DNA of 63,155 nucleotides, counting the filler, from Sluysia triapertura (taxonomy: Eukaryota): assembly GCA_046118255.1 (NCBI GenBank). It is 5 parts of 5 records of this genome, joined end to end, with 100 filler letters (N's around TTAATTAATTAA, not from the genome) between each part and the next. Parts side by side here need not be neighbours in the genome. Positions count along the whole stretch, not along the records: positions 38,160 to 51,038 come from JBJNIA010075829.1; positions 51,139 to 63,155 come from JBJNIA010147276.1; 3 more parts are not named here. One strand, written 5' to 3'. The notes under the pieces are model-generated. The model was not told the origin of the DNA and did no database searches. It saw only the letters and a program-made list of their open reading frames with translations. Of the stretch, positions 40,973 through 52,181 are shown piece after piece. The translations under genes were made by a program, and so were the position numbers. The first letter of the stretch is position 1; every line of letters starts with the position of its first letter.

Positions 40973-41481
40973 TTAAAATTCATAATGAACATAACTAACA
41001 TAAACATCTCTATGATCAAGCATAACAATCTTTCTTTTACTATGATCATAATAAACACGATCCATGCAAAAACTGTTGTCAACAATACGATGTGGCGACA
41101 ATTTACGATAAATTCCACTTTCTGGATTGCTATAATCAATGGAAGCGAACCAAATATCGTGTTGATCAGTTGAATTAACTTTTCGGATAGTCTATATTGT
41201 AGATAAATTTAAAGTACATTTAAAAAACTAACTTCTGAAAACAAGCGTTGATTTTTTTTGGTACCATCATTTGTTTCTTCGACATATTCTATCAAATATC
41301 CCAATACTAGTCGACTTTCTACTAAGCAACGAGATAAATCAATTAAAAATGATTTCGATTTTTGATCAGATCTGTTGGTACTCAAGTATGATTCAATGTC
41401 ATTTACTAATTCAATATTCAAGTAGCGACATGGTTCTTCGAAATATTCCAAAACAATTTCATTATTATTCACAAAATTAGC
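40973..41481 (-). CDS. Last two exons of an unknown protein gene (exons 41481-41233 and 41191-40973; 41-nt intron)
   Basis: Acceptor aatag|GCT at 41481, donor GAA|gttagt at 41232 and acceptor tatag|ACT at 41191, all phase 0. The spliced frame is open for 155 aa, ending ...FCMDRVYYDHSKRKIVMLDHRDVYVSYVHYEF*. The upstream exon was not identified. Confidence 0.7.
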
Positions 41482-42788
41482 CTATTACAATTTATCATAA
41501 AATAGTAATTATAAAAAATATCTAAAACTTTAATATTTTATGATATAGTAAATAAAACTTAATTTCTTAAGGGTCATAAATAAGTCAAAAATTACAAAAA
41601 AATAAAACCAAAGTTCTAAAAATCCAATATTTATTTAAATTCCTTAAATTCTTTAAAATCATGAATTTATAATGATTATTTTCGAAGATATGTAGAATAT
41701 TGTCTTGTTGAAAAAGTTACTCTTAAAATATTACATAGCCAAATTCAATAAAAATGGAAAATATAACTTAATAAATTGTTTTATTGTTTATAAATATATT
41801 ATTTTGTCACAAGAAAAAATTAGAACACATTTTAACAGAAAACACATTACTAAAATAGTAAGCACAAGTGCGAAAAATTCCGAGAATTTCTAGAAAGTTC
41901 CAACTAGGAATATTTGTTCTATTGTACATATCTTACACTTATGTAATATAAAATTCACACTGTAATTGTGATGAACCGACATCATAGAGGATATTAAATA
42001 ATTTATTTGAAAATTTAAATCTTTTTTGTTTTTAAAATTTACAATAAATAAATACGTGAAAGATCTAAAAACCAATGTAATTTTTTCTTTTATTATTGCT
42101 ATAATGGTCATTGTGACCATTTTATTTATTATTTATGCTATTTCTAGGGTCATTATTAAATTGATTTATTTTTACTTATTTTTATTATTATTAATCAGTT
42201 GAGAGAAATTTTTGCTAAATTTAGATTTGTAAATAAATCTTAATTTGCATTTTACTGGAAATTATCTTCAATACTTATTTTTGATTGCACCTTCTTTAAG
42301 TAAACTGGAACAATTGTTAAAATGCAATCTGTTGTGAGAATTATTTTTTGATTATAAGATAGACATAAATACGTTATTATGATTCCATAAAAATTTTAAG
42401 CACAGAAAAGATATTGTTTCTGAAATCCAGTAAAGTCTTGTTCATAATTTAGTTAATATATTTCCATTATCTAATGATGATCTGTCTCATTCATAATGCA
42501 GAAGAGACATGTTTGGGGTAAATTTTAGTCAAACCTGTTGATTGGATTCAAGATGTACGTTTTATCTTGACAATTCAAACTTTTCAACCATTTGAAAAAT
42601 ACTGCATTAACAGTTTTAAAAATGTTACTGTTCAGCCAAATTTAACAAAATCATATAAAGAAATTGCACAAATTCTATTCAAAATTTATTATTTAAATTA
42701 ATAGATGTTAACTCTAAGCAAAAAAAATACTGTTTTAGCTCACTGATCACAAGTGCTTCCAATTAATAAATTTCCTATCTAATTACAT

Positions 42789-42890
42789 TGTAGAAAAATC
42801 ACATAAAATTCATCACACTTCATTACATAAAAATATCACTTACTTACACAGATCATTAAACAAACTACTAGACTCATTCAAGATACAAAA
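42789..42890 (+). repeat. ~100 bp dispersed repeat starting TGTAG (LTR-5'-end-like); inverted copy at 59911-60012
   Basis: TGTAGAAAAATCACATAAAATTCATCACACTTCATTACATAAAAA...ACACAGATCATTAAACAAACTACTAGACTCATTCAA matches the reverse complement of 59911-60012. Confidence 0.9.
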
Positions 42891-43177
42891 TTGAATCTTT
42901 AAATTATTGTATTTTATGAATTTTTTGTTTAATAGTGGAAATCAATCTCTTAAAAATGCTATTTTATGTTTTCTACATTTAATTAGGTAAATAAGAATTT
43001 CAATGATTGTTGTACGGTTAACATAAATGAATTTTAAAAAATACAAAATAAAAATTATTACCAATAAAAAAATCAATCAAATAAGAAAAATAGAATGGAG
43101 GAAAGAAACAAATTAATGTCAGCAATATCTAAATTCAAAGAAAAAATATCAGAACAAGATTTTCGTTCAACTTTTCG

Positions 43178-43443
43178 TTTTAACTACTTAAGCATTATTA
43201 TTATCCCATTGGGTTTGTGCAATATATTTTGTTTATATATTCAGTTTACATAGTTATTATATAATTGCGTATAATTATAATATAATTGCATATTGTTAAT
43301 TTTTGCACGTCTTAAGCCTGGTTTGTTAAAGGTTTCGAAATTAAAGTTAAATTGTTTTATTTTAGTTAATTTTTTAATACAAACTTAAAAATAAATAAAA
43401 GTAATAATAACTTATTAAAATTAAAGCTCAAAAAGCCCTCCAC
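43178..43443 (+). pseudogene. Internally deleted paralogue of the tetraspanin-like sequence at 57857-58596
   Basis: LTT*ALLLSHWVCAIYFVYIFSLHSY matches LTTYALLLSKRVCAMCFVYIFGLHNC. 43294-43443 matches the reverse complement of 57897-58041. The middle is missing. Confidence 0.8.
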
Positions 43444-44169
43444 GTACGTAATGAACGAAGTTTATTAATTTAAACATTTTATTAGCTACATTTTCACTGC
43501 AAGTAATTATGTAAAAAGTTCATTTACATCATTGATTCATGTTAAAATTAGTCGATTTAAATTTAAAAATATTTCATAGTTTTAAAGTAAGATTTAATTT
43601 TAAAAATTTAGATTATTTAAATGTCTCTGCTAAAAGTAACGTTTATTTATTGTTGAAACAATAATCAGTGAAGATGCGGAACAAGTATGCCTTTATTATT
43701 CTTATTATTTACTTATAATGGTAATTTATTTTGTTAAATATTTTGAAAATTACTCTCATTTTGAATGAGAGTAAAGCTTGCAAGCGCAATACTATTTAGT
43801 CATTTTAAAATCTAATCGTAATGTTAAGGATTCCTGTAACATAAGTGACTTAAAAGATTCATTATCACACAATTTGTACGTTGAATATATGGACATGGTT
43901 GTTAACATTATTTTAAAAGTTGAAATAATATCAGGAAACCCGTTTAAAAAAAGTTTAATTTATTAATTTGTCAACAAGGGTCTTTACAAAATGTTAAAAG
44001 TGATCAATTTTCTTTTCTTGGACCGCAGGTAAACTATTTCATCTATCCACACTTCATCTTACATCGTAGAGTCCACTCACAGTTACATATATGTAACACA
44101 AAAACATAAAACCTATATATTATTTTATATTGCGTTAATATCTATTATAAAATAATTACGTAGAAGCAC

Positions 44170-47100
44170 TTAAAATAAATCGTTATATTTCCGAAATAGA
44201 AATATCTGCCTTTTAAATAATTTTCCAGCGATATAATATTCTCTAGTTGCTGGTTGGATACTATTGAAACATAAACAGTATGTGATTAAATGATTTCTGA
44301 CAATTTTATCAAAAATTTCAAAACTAACCACATATACAGACAAATAATACTTAGATTTTTCATTTAATTCAAACCAATTTGGTGTTAAATGAAGGACAAA
44401 CGATCCCACTGGAGGCCCTAATAAATCACGTAAAATCAAATCACCTTGTTCCACTTCATCAAAATTTGGCAAATCGCGAATATCTGATATCATAAAGGAA
44501 GAAACAACCCCACTATGTATCGAAATACCGACTACCGACTTTTCATCTATAACATTAATTACTTTAATTAGTTCAAGTCCAACATTAGAACCATTTGAAA
44601 TATTACTTTTACACCTAAATTAATAACACAACTTTTAAATATAACCTATCTTAAAACAAAAACTAGCAATTATTTTTTTCATTTTTGAATAATCATATTT
44701 TTTGCGTTTAAGTGTAAGTCCATGTTTATTTTTTTGAATTATCCAATATGACAAAATATTTATTAATAGTACCTATGCTACACAATATAAAATATATTTT
44801 GTAATAAAAAGCAATTAGTTTATGATCTAACCTAATTTAACAGTCGTAGGTCTAAATTGTACTGTTACTCATTTATATAAAGTTGTTTAACATTTACTTT
44901 TAACTAAATTTTGTTATTATTCTTATTATCACCTAATAAGCGGATGCGCAAAGACAATTCACAACAAAGGTGTGATTACAGATACAATCAAATAAATGGA
45001 TACCTTGAACCAAATTAAATACTTGAAACTAAATCGATACTTTGGAAAATGTGTTGATAAAACTCGTCTATTTATACTTGATTTCTTCCATGACATTTTT
45101 CAATTTTTGTAATACAGTAATATATAGTGTAATTACTTTTTAAATATTATTTCATTTACACTATAGTTTGTTATTATTTTATAGTATATATGTTATTATT
45201 TTGATCTCTTAATTTCAATTACTATTATTTTATTCACTTGTTTATTATTATGTTATTACTTTTTGACTTAATTTTTAATTTGTATAATATTTTTCTATAT
45301 AATTTTTTAATAATATTTTATACAGATTTTAATAGATAATTTTATAAGTAAACTTTAATATTAACAAACAATAATTTAACGACTAAACTTTAATATTACA
45401 AAGTAATCTTTACACCATTACTATCACTATNNNNNNNNNNNNNNNNNNNNNNNNNNNNNNNNNNNNNNNNNNNNNNNNNNNNNNNNNNNNNNNNNNNNNN
45501 NNNNNNNNNNNNNNNNNNNNNNNNNNNNNNNNNNNNNNNNNNNNNNNNNNNNNNNNNNNNNNNNNNNNNNNNNNNTATAGACACTACGATGCACTTAAAT
45601 TATCTTCATCTTCGTCTAAGCGTACTTTTATTTTCTTCTTTATCATAATCATTTCAATAGTCAATAAAAGTAGATGAATTAAATGCAATGCGTGCTTCAC
45701 ACTCGTTTCATTAGTTTCAAAATTTGACATCACGTAAAAGTAATGATAATAATAATAATAAATTAAAAGAAAAATCAGCGTAAATGTAAAAAAAGTTTAT
45801 AATTATGAATGTGAATGATGTATAAATGTAATAATGAATAATTCTTATTGTTCGTACTATATGGATATTTGAATGCATTCCTTCGAGTTCTGAAGTTGTA
45901 TTTTGAAGCAAGTTATATTTCATTTATTTGAAAAATTATGCTTCACCTACTTTGGAATATCTATAGCTTAAAAGTGCAACTAAGAACACTCTATTTAGGA
46001 CAATTAAATATTAAATATTTGAGAAAATAAGCTCTTGAGTCCAATAAAATCTAAAAATGCCTATTCTCCCTATTATGATTATTCCGATTTGTTACCGGTC
46101 ACTGTTAAAGAAACGTGATCACAGACAAGTCATAATTTCTGAATGCGTAAGGATATCAGGATCTAAAGCATTTAAATAGACAAGCAAGTGTTGGAGTTAA
46201 TTTATGCTATCACTGTATGTCAAAAGTATTAAGTCAAATGTGAAAATTTCCAGTTTTTTAACTCTGTAGAAAGATGACAAAATTTTACAAAATCCAATAA
46301 CAAAAATGAAATTCCACTATTTATATTAGAAATTAGGTCAAGCTTCATATACTCATATTTCAGACCTTCTCCAAATGACAACATTCTGGATATTATGTAT
46401 AGTATGTATCATTTACTAACACTAACTCTTTTATAATATATCCAAAAAATTTAGAAAACATACACTATATCTGTTTATTATTATTTTAGAAGTTAAAAAA
46501 ATATTTTTTAAAATGTTGATTGCCACGAACATTAGTGATAACGAATTTAAATTATATAAAAACTAACCTTAGATAATACTGATTTGGGTAAACATAATTA
46601 GATTTTATCAAAACTTTTGTAGTAAGTTTGTTTAATATTAATCGACTTTTCATAAATGCTAATGAATCGGTTTTTACAACAAATGCAACACCATTTTTGA
46701 TATTTAACAAACGCACACTTTCACCTTTAAATTCATATATATTTTTATCTGAAAGTGGTATATTATAATGCGAATCATCATTTGACCCATTTAAGTCAGA
46801 TACTTCAGTGTCGTTTTGAATCCGTGGCACTAATGATATTTTAATTTTTGATTGCGAATTCGAGGGTGATTCCTGAAAACTAGTTTTACTTAATCTTGGT
46901 GGTAAATTCGTTTGTGACCGTTCAGCAAATACTGGTTTAACTTTACTTAATCCCAATAATCGTGGTGAAACTGATTTTTTATTATTTATTGACTTATTAG
47001 GGGACAATTTGGAATTTAAATGAACTTCTTCAGTAAAAGTATAAGTGAAATTTTTTGGTACAGATATATTATCTTTCAAATTTTCGGGTTTTTTTGTTTT

Positions 47101-49143
47101 ACTTTGTTTTGGTAAATTTAAAACAGGTTCATCGTCAGAACTTAATAAAATAACTTCTGGTACATTAACTTGATCCTCACTCTCTGATGATGAATAAGCT
47201 ACAATTGTTTTAGGAATCTCAGTTGGTTTATTATGTTCTTTATTAGATGAATCTAGTGCTACATCATTATAATTATTTAGAGGTCTGATAGTGTCTTTAT
47301 CATTAGTATCTACAATTTTTGCTATGCATGAATAAACTCTTTGAAAATTTCTTTTCAAACACATTTTTTCAACATCTGTTAACACCATTTGTAATTTAAC
47401 TGTGGATTTTAAACGAGCTTTTTTAATATTCTCAATGATTTGAGATAAATTTTTAATTTGAAAATACTGAACTTTTGCGGGAAGATTTTTTGCAACAATT
47501 GTTAAATTGGATATTACTGCTACTTCTGAATCTATAATTTGATTATAATGCAACTTTAACTTAGAACAGGTTGTTCCCATAGTATACATATCAGGTATTT
47601 CAATCCCTTGATCTATCAAATAGAATGAAACTTTATGCAAAAGAAATCCATAATTTCTAGATTCTTTCGGACTTGCAATTTCACAATTCAATATTACAGC
47701 ACGTTCAATCAACGCCAAATTGTATTTTTGAATACATTTGCGCGGAAAACGTACTAAACAACAAGTAGCAGGAATCCATGACCAAAATATTTGACCTTCT
47801 AACAATTCCTTAACGAAATCTTTTGTATTGACAGTTTTCCAATGGAGTTTTTCATCAAATTTAGTTAATTTAACGCTTGACAGTCCAGTCACACGTGTTG
47901 ATAAATCTACACTTTCTACAGTATATTTAGCATCTTTTTCAAATTCTATTTCAGGTAAATTTAATTTTGTATGTATTGATGGCACTAGATTTAACCAAAT
48001 ATGTATACTATCCTCAGATCTTAACAAACTTCTATACATATCCAATGTTTCCGATGCATCGATAGATGACAATACCATATCACGAAATAACAAAGGATCA
48101 ATACTCAAACCAGTTAATTTGCGAAAATAATAAAAAACTTCTGAAATTATATTATACTTTTGATCAGTAAATTCAAGGTTTTTAAATTCTAACAATATAC
48201 TAATGATTGTTGCAGTTAAGTGTTTAGGTGAAAAAGAATGTTTTGTTAATGGATAGTACTCATAATTTAATGACTCAGTTTGTATACTTGAGTTTATAAA
48301 TTTTGATTGCTCTATATTCTTATCACTGTCGTTTTCATCACTTAGCACTTCTACTTCTGAATGTGACTTACATTCCTCAGTTATAACAACCGTATCCGTA
48401 CTTTGTTTCTTCAAAGGAATCATTTTTTCTAAGCCTTCAGATACATTATCGATGTCTTCATAATCTTCACTTTCGCTATCCGTAGATTTATCTAATGGTA
48501 TGGGATAGTTTACATTACTTGTTTCAAACCCATAAACACTATGATTAAAACTGTCATAATTTGATGCACCGAATTGCTTATTAAATTTATACACAGATTG
48601 CGAATGACCAAAGCCAGAGTGATTATTCAATCGAACATGTGACCGATGGTATGGAAACTTCGGCTTCTCAAAAATGTACGGATTAGTCTAATATAAATTT
48701 AAAACATCCAACAAATATTACCTTCAAATTAAATTTTTTAAAAACTTTCTTCTAAATCAATTTAATATCAATACACTAAAAACTAACTTTTGCGGATGTA
48801 TTTCTAATCATATTATATAGAGCCTTCGTGGTTTCTGATTCATTGCGATTTATTTTATTGTAAACCTTCAAGCCACTTGGAGACGGAGATATATTAAACA
48901 TATTACTTAATGAATAGACAAATGATTCAACTGTATCATAACCTAATTCAACAACTGGAATTTTTTCCCCTGTTAACTGTTCATAGTCCTCAGCTACATT
49001 TTTCAATAAAACACCATACTTCCTAGACCCGATAATGCCTTTTAAATTAGAAATAACAGAGTCGTGCAACGTCTAAATTATATAATATATGTAATAAGAT
49101 AACAAATAGATAAATATCTCAATACTATTTCACTTACCGCCAT
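44170..49143 (-). CDS. LOTUS (OST-HTH) + Tudor-like protein, TDRD5/TDRD7/Tejas-Tapas-like; predicted 951 aa; exons 49143-49138, 49072-48788, 48687-46568, 44614-44170
   Basis: All three GT-AG introns (65, 100, 1953 nt) preserve frame: ATGGCG|gtaagt, tttag|ACG; AAA|gttagt, ttag|ACT; CTAAG|gttagt, tttag|G. N-terminal LOTUS VISNLKGIIGSRKYGVLLKNVAEDYEQLTGEKIPVVELGYDTVESFVYSL; second LOTUS-like IISILL...EVFYYFRKLTGLSIDP; Tudor-like CCLVRF...RAVIL...VSFYLIDQG and IKVINVIDEKSVVGISIHSG...SDIRDLP. Confidence 0.82.
45431..45575. other. Scaffold gap (145 N) inside predicted intron 3
   Basis: Run of N without spacer motif. Confidence 0.98.
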
Positions 49144-50611
49144 GATATTGAATATTAAAACTAGAAAAGATGTAATTATTAAATAAACAAAATAATAAAA
49201 TCAAATGAAACAATAAATTTTAAAAACATTACCATAAAGATATACTCAGAAAAGGCTTTATACATTTGATAAAACAATTAAACTCTTGTTTATTAAGAAA
49301 GTAAATTAAATCTTTTCACACTACTTTATCTCTGCGAATATAACAAATTATAATTAATATTTTAAATTAATAAAAATGAGTGATTTTAGTTTAAAATGTT
49401 TTTTGAAGCATTAACTTATTTGTACTTCACCCTCTAAGGAAGTATTTATTATTTTTATTTAAAAATTAAACATAATTGTTTAACTGTTCATAAACTAGTG
49501 TCATATATCTTAGTTTATAATATAAATACAATAATGACGATATAACTGTTATTTAATATATGTTTTATTATTTAATCACGAACAATAAATATTCTGACAA
49601 TGAAAATTGAAAATGTTAAGTGAATTTAAATAATTCTGAGTTTTAATTAAATAAAAGTTACTTTAAACAGAAAAGTTAATATTTACGTTAAATTTAAAAA
49701 ATCAATTTAATTTAAAATAATAAAATTTTATGAATATTGAATTTAATATTGGCAATAGTAAGATTAATAATGTCAAAATAAAGTTAGGTCTCATAGACTA
49801 AATCAAACATTAAAAAATAAATAGTACGAGTAGCAGTCAAATACATATCCAGAAAGATATTTTTAAAGATTTAATTCAAGATAAAATGATAATAAAAATT
49901 TAAAGAAACATGTTTAAGGAACATCTATCGAATGTAATCAAAGTTTCCTAAAAGTACAATTTAAACATCATTAAAGACAGTTGAAATTCAGTGTTATATA
50001 AGGTGCTATTAGTAAATTTGGAAAGAGCTAATATTTTGAATTTGATTATCATGTCTACATTTATCCTTAAATCATTTTGATTTCATGATTTGGACATGGC
50101 CTTAAAAATCTACCTACAAATTAGACTTAATGCTTATTAACTAAGGGTTTACGGTTTACGCTTCTCGAATGACGTACATATATGATTTTAATTGCACAAA
50201 AATTTCAAAGATTTCTCAAATTTTGCAGATCTGAGGGTGTGTTACACTGTGATGAATGTTATACTATTATGCTCTTATTTTTTAAGCTCTTTATGCTTAT
50301 TAATCTCATTAACTATTTACACTTGAAATTTTTACTCGAGAAATTTAATAATTTCATTATTTAAATCAATTATTCTTATTCTTTCAATGTTGCTAAAAAA
50401 ATAATTGCTAATCCATTACTAAAGTTAAATAATATGAAATATTAGCAATGTTTATTATAATACAATGCAAAAATTCATTATTAACAAAACAACGACACAC
50501 TGTGATAATTTTACAATAAGTTATGCCAATAAGGTTTGAATCTTATTGCCTAATTATTATAATTTAATAAGGATTTTATAACTAGCATAAGCTGGCATGC
50601 AATATTAAGTA

Positions 50612-50674
50612 CAGTAAAGTTCCTATTAACCGCCAAAAACGGGCGGAAGAAAAATTTGGCGGTTGACAGAAACT
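50612..50674 (+). mobile_element. pogo/Tigger-like transposon terminus with internal palindrome
   Basis: TA|CAGTAAAGTTCCTATTAACCGCCAAA...TTTGGCGGTTGACAGAAACT; the arms match 17/20. Confidence 0.55.
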
Positions 50675-50736
50675 TAAGAGTACAATAACGATATTTACAA
50701 CACACATTTATTTATTAATAATCGAATTATCTAAAG

Positions 50737-51038
50737 CAGCCATGTCCAACGTGCGGCCCGATAAGAAAAAAAGGAAATCACATAAATTAATATTTAAATT
50801 TTAATAATCGATAATACAAATAATTTTTATTGCGCAATCGAATGACATTTTATAAAACTGCTATACCTTAATATATAAAAATGGAATCTTATGTGTATAT
50901 GGGTGTATACACAAAGAAGAAAGCAGGATAGCGTGAGAGCGTACGCGCGAGTTTGCATGCATAGAATAAAGGTCAGACGCGTGATTATGATCATTTTCTT
51001 TCCCGCTGTCGTTTAGTTTAGTCTTGTTTAAGCCACTG
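50737..51038. mobile_element. hAT-like transposon remnants at contig end
   Basis: CAGCCATGTCCAACGTGCGGCCCG at 50737 is hAT-terminus-like; GC-rich interior; GTTTAAGCCACTG at the contig end. Confidence 0.55.
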
Positions 51039-51138
51039 NNNNNNNNNNNNNNNNNNNNNNNNNNNNNNNNNNNNNNNNNNNNTTAATTAATTAANNNNNN
51101 NNNNNNNNNNNNNNNNNNNNNNNNNNNNNNNNNNNNNN
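51039..51138. other. Artificial contig-joining spacer
   Basis: 44 N + TTAATTAATTAA + 44 N. Confidence 0.97.
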
Positions 51139-51254
51139 TGTACTAAACGTTCGTCTCACAACACCGAGATGAATAAACATCTCTTACATTTAATCATTTT
51201 ATGGCCCTCCATAGAGAGGTACTCAATCCATACGTCTATAATAAATAACTGAAA

Positions 51255-52181
51255 TTGATTCACAATTTTTACGCAATTTTAAAACTAATATTACTCAATT
51301 ATTTTGGCTTAATTATTTATCATATTATAATAGATAGAACTCTTCGATTAAAATTAAATTCTGATGTCAAACAAAATGTTATCGAAATTAAGAGTAATTC
51401 TACGTTAAATGAATTGCTTTGTCGCTTAAGAAATAATTTTAATGATGATGAAAAACCAAGCTCAATTATTTTAAGTAGATATCTACCGAATTCAATTGAC
51501 ACTAAAAAGTTAAGCCTTGCTCTTGCTAAAAGCCAATTAATGAATGATGTTTGTATTTTGATCAAATTTAAAGAAGAATGTTACTTATTGATATTTGTAA
51601 AGCATGAAGTTCTTTTTCATAATCTATGTCTGTATATAGGTATTCCTTGTTGCCCTAATGAAGGCCATGTAAATAAATATGATTCTACAGCAGATAGATA
51701 TACAACAGCGAACATAGATGTATCAGTTCCTGATTCTTATAATGCCAACTTACTTGATAGTAAAATTTCAGCAGATTATTCAACACGTATTTATCATTCT
51801 ACATTTAACTACTACTCTTTTAACGCAAACAATGGTATTCTTCCAACAACCATATCAATAATTGGTATTTCTTCAAACCAACGAAAGTATAATGTTTTTC
51901 GAACATCACAATGTCCATTCCAATTGAATGAATTTGGTCAGTGCTGCAGATTTGGACAATCTTGTCAATTTTATCATAATATCCAAGAAATACGTTATAT
52001 TGATGCTAATCACAACGTCATTAATGATCACTTAGAACGTATCAATAATTTAGTAATGACCATTCAAGCTGGTAAAGTCAATGATGAGTTGACATTTAAC
52101 AAAAATCATGTCAATACTCAATCTATCAGCTCCATAGAGGATTTTGATTCAAAAGAATTTACAGTGGCAGAAAGTTATTAA
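51255..52181 (+). CDS. Uncharacterised protein with one C-terminal CCCH zinc finger (C-x9-C-x6-C-x3-H, Unkempt-type); open copy of a multicopy family
   Basis: 308-codon open frame with YNVFRTSQCPFQLNEFGQCCRFGQSCQFYHNIQEIR (finger 51912-51977) and AATAAA ~80 nt after the stop. True start is uncertain: TTG in the track, first ATG at 51540, close to the contig edge. Confidence 0.75.
   Translation: MIHNFYAILKLILLNYFGLIIYHIIIDRTLRLKLNSDVKQNVIEIKSNSTLNELLCRLRNNFNDDEKPSSIILSRYLPNSIDTKKLSLALAKSQLMNDVCILIKFKEECYLLIFVKHEVLFHNLCLYIGIPCCPNEGHVNKYDSTADRYTTANIDVSVPDSYNANLLDSKISADYSTRIYHSTFNYYSFNANNGILPTTISIIGISSNQRKYNVFRTSQCPFQLNEFGQCCRFGQSCQFYHNIQEIRYIDANHNVINDHLERINNLVMTIQAGKVNDELTFNKNHVNTQSISSIEDFDSKEFTVAESY

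Noticed and set aside
47828-48130. Plus-strand 100-aa ORF (also 40940-41173, 41271-41480, 51320-51565)
   Set aside because: Antisense to better-supported coding exons.
44170-52181. Functional cluster of the LOTUS-Tudor gene with the CCCH gene
   Set aside because: They are separated by a synthetic contig spacer at 51039-51138, so linkage is unsupported.
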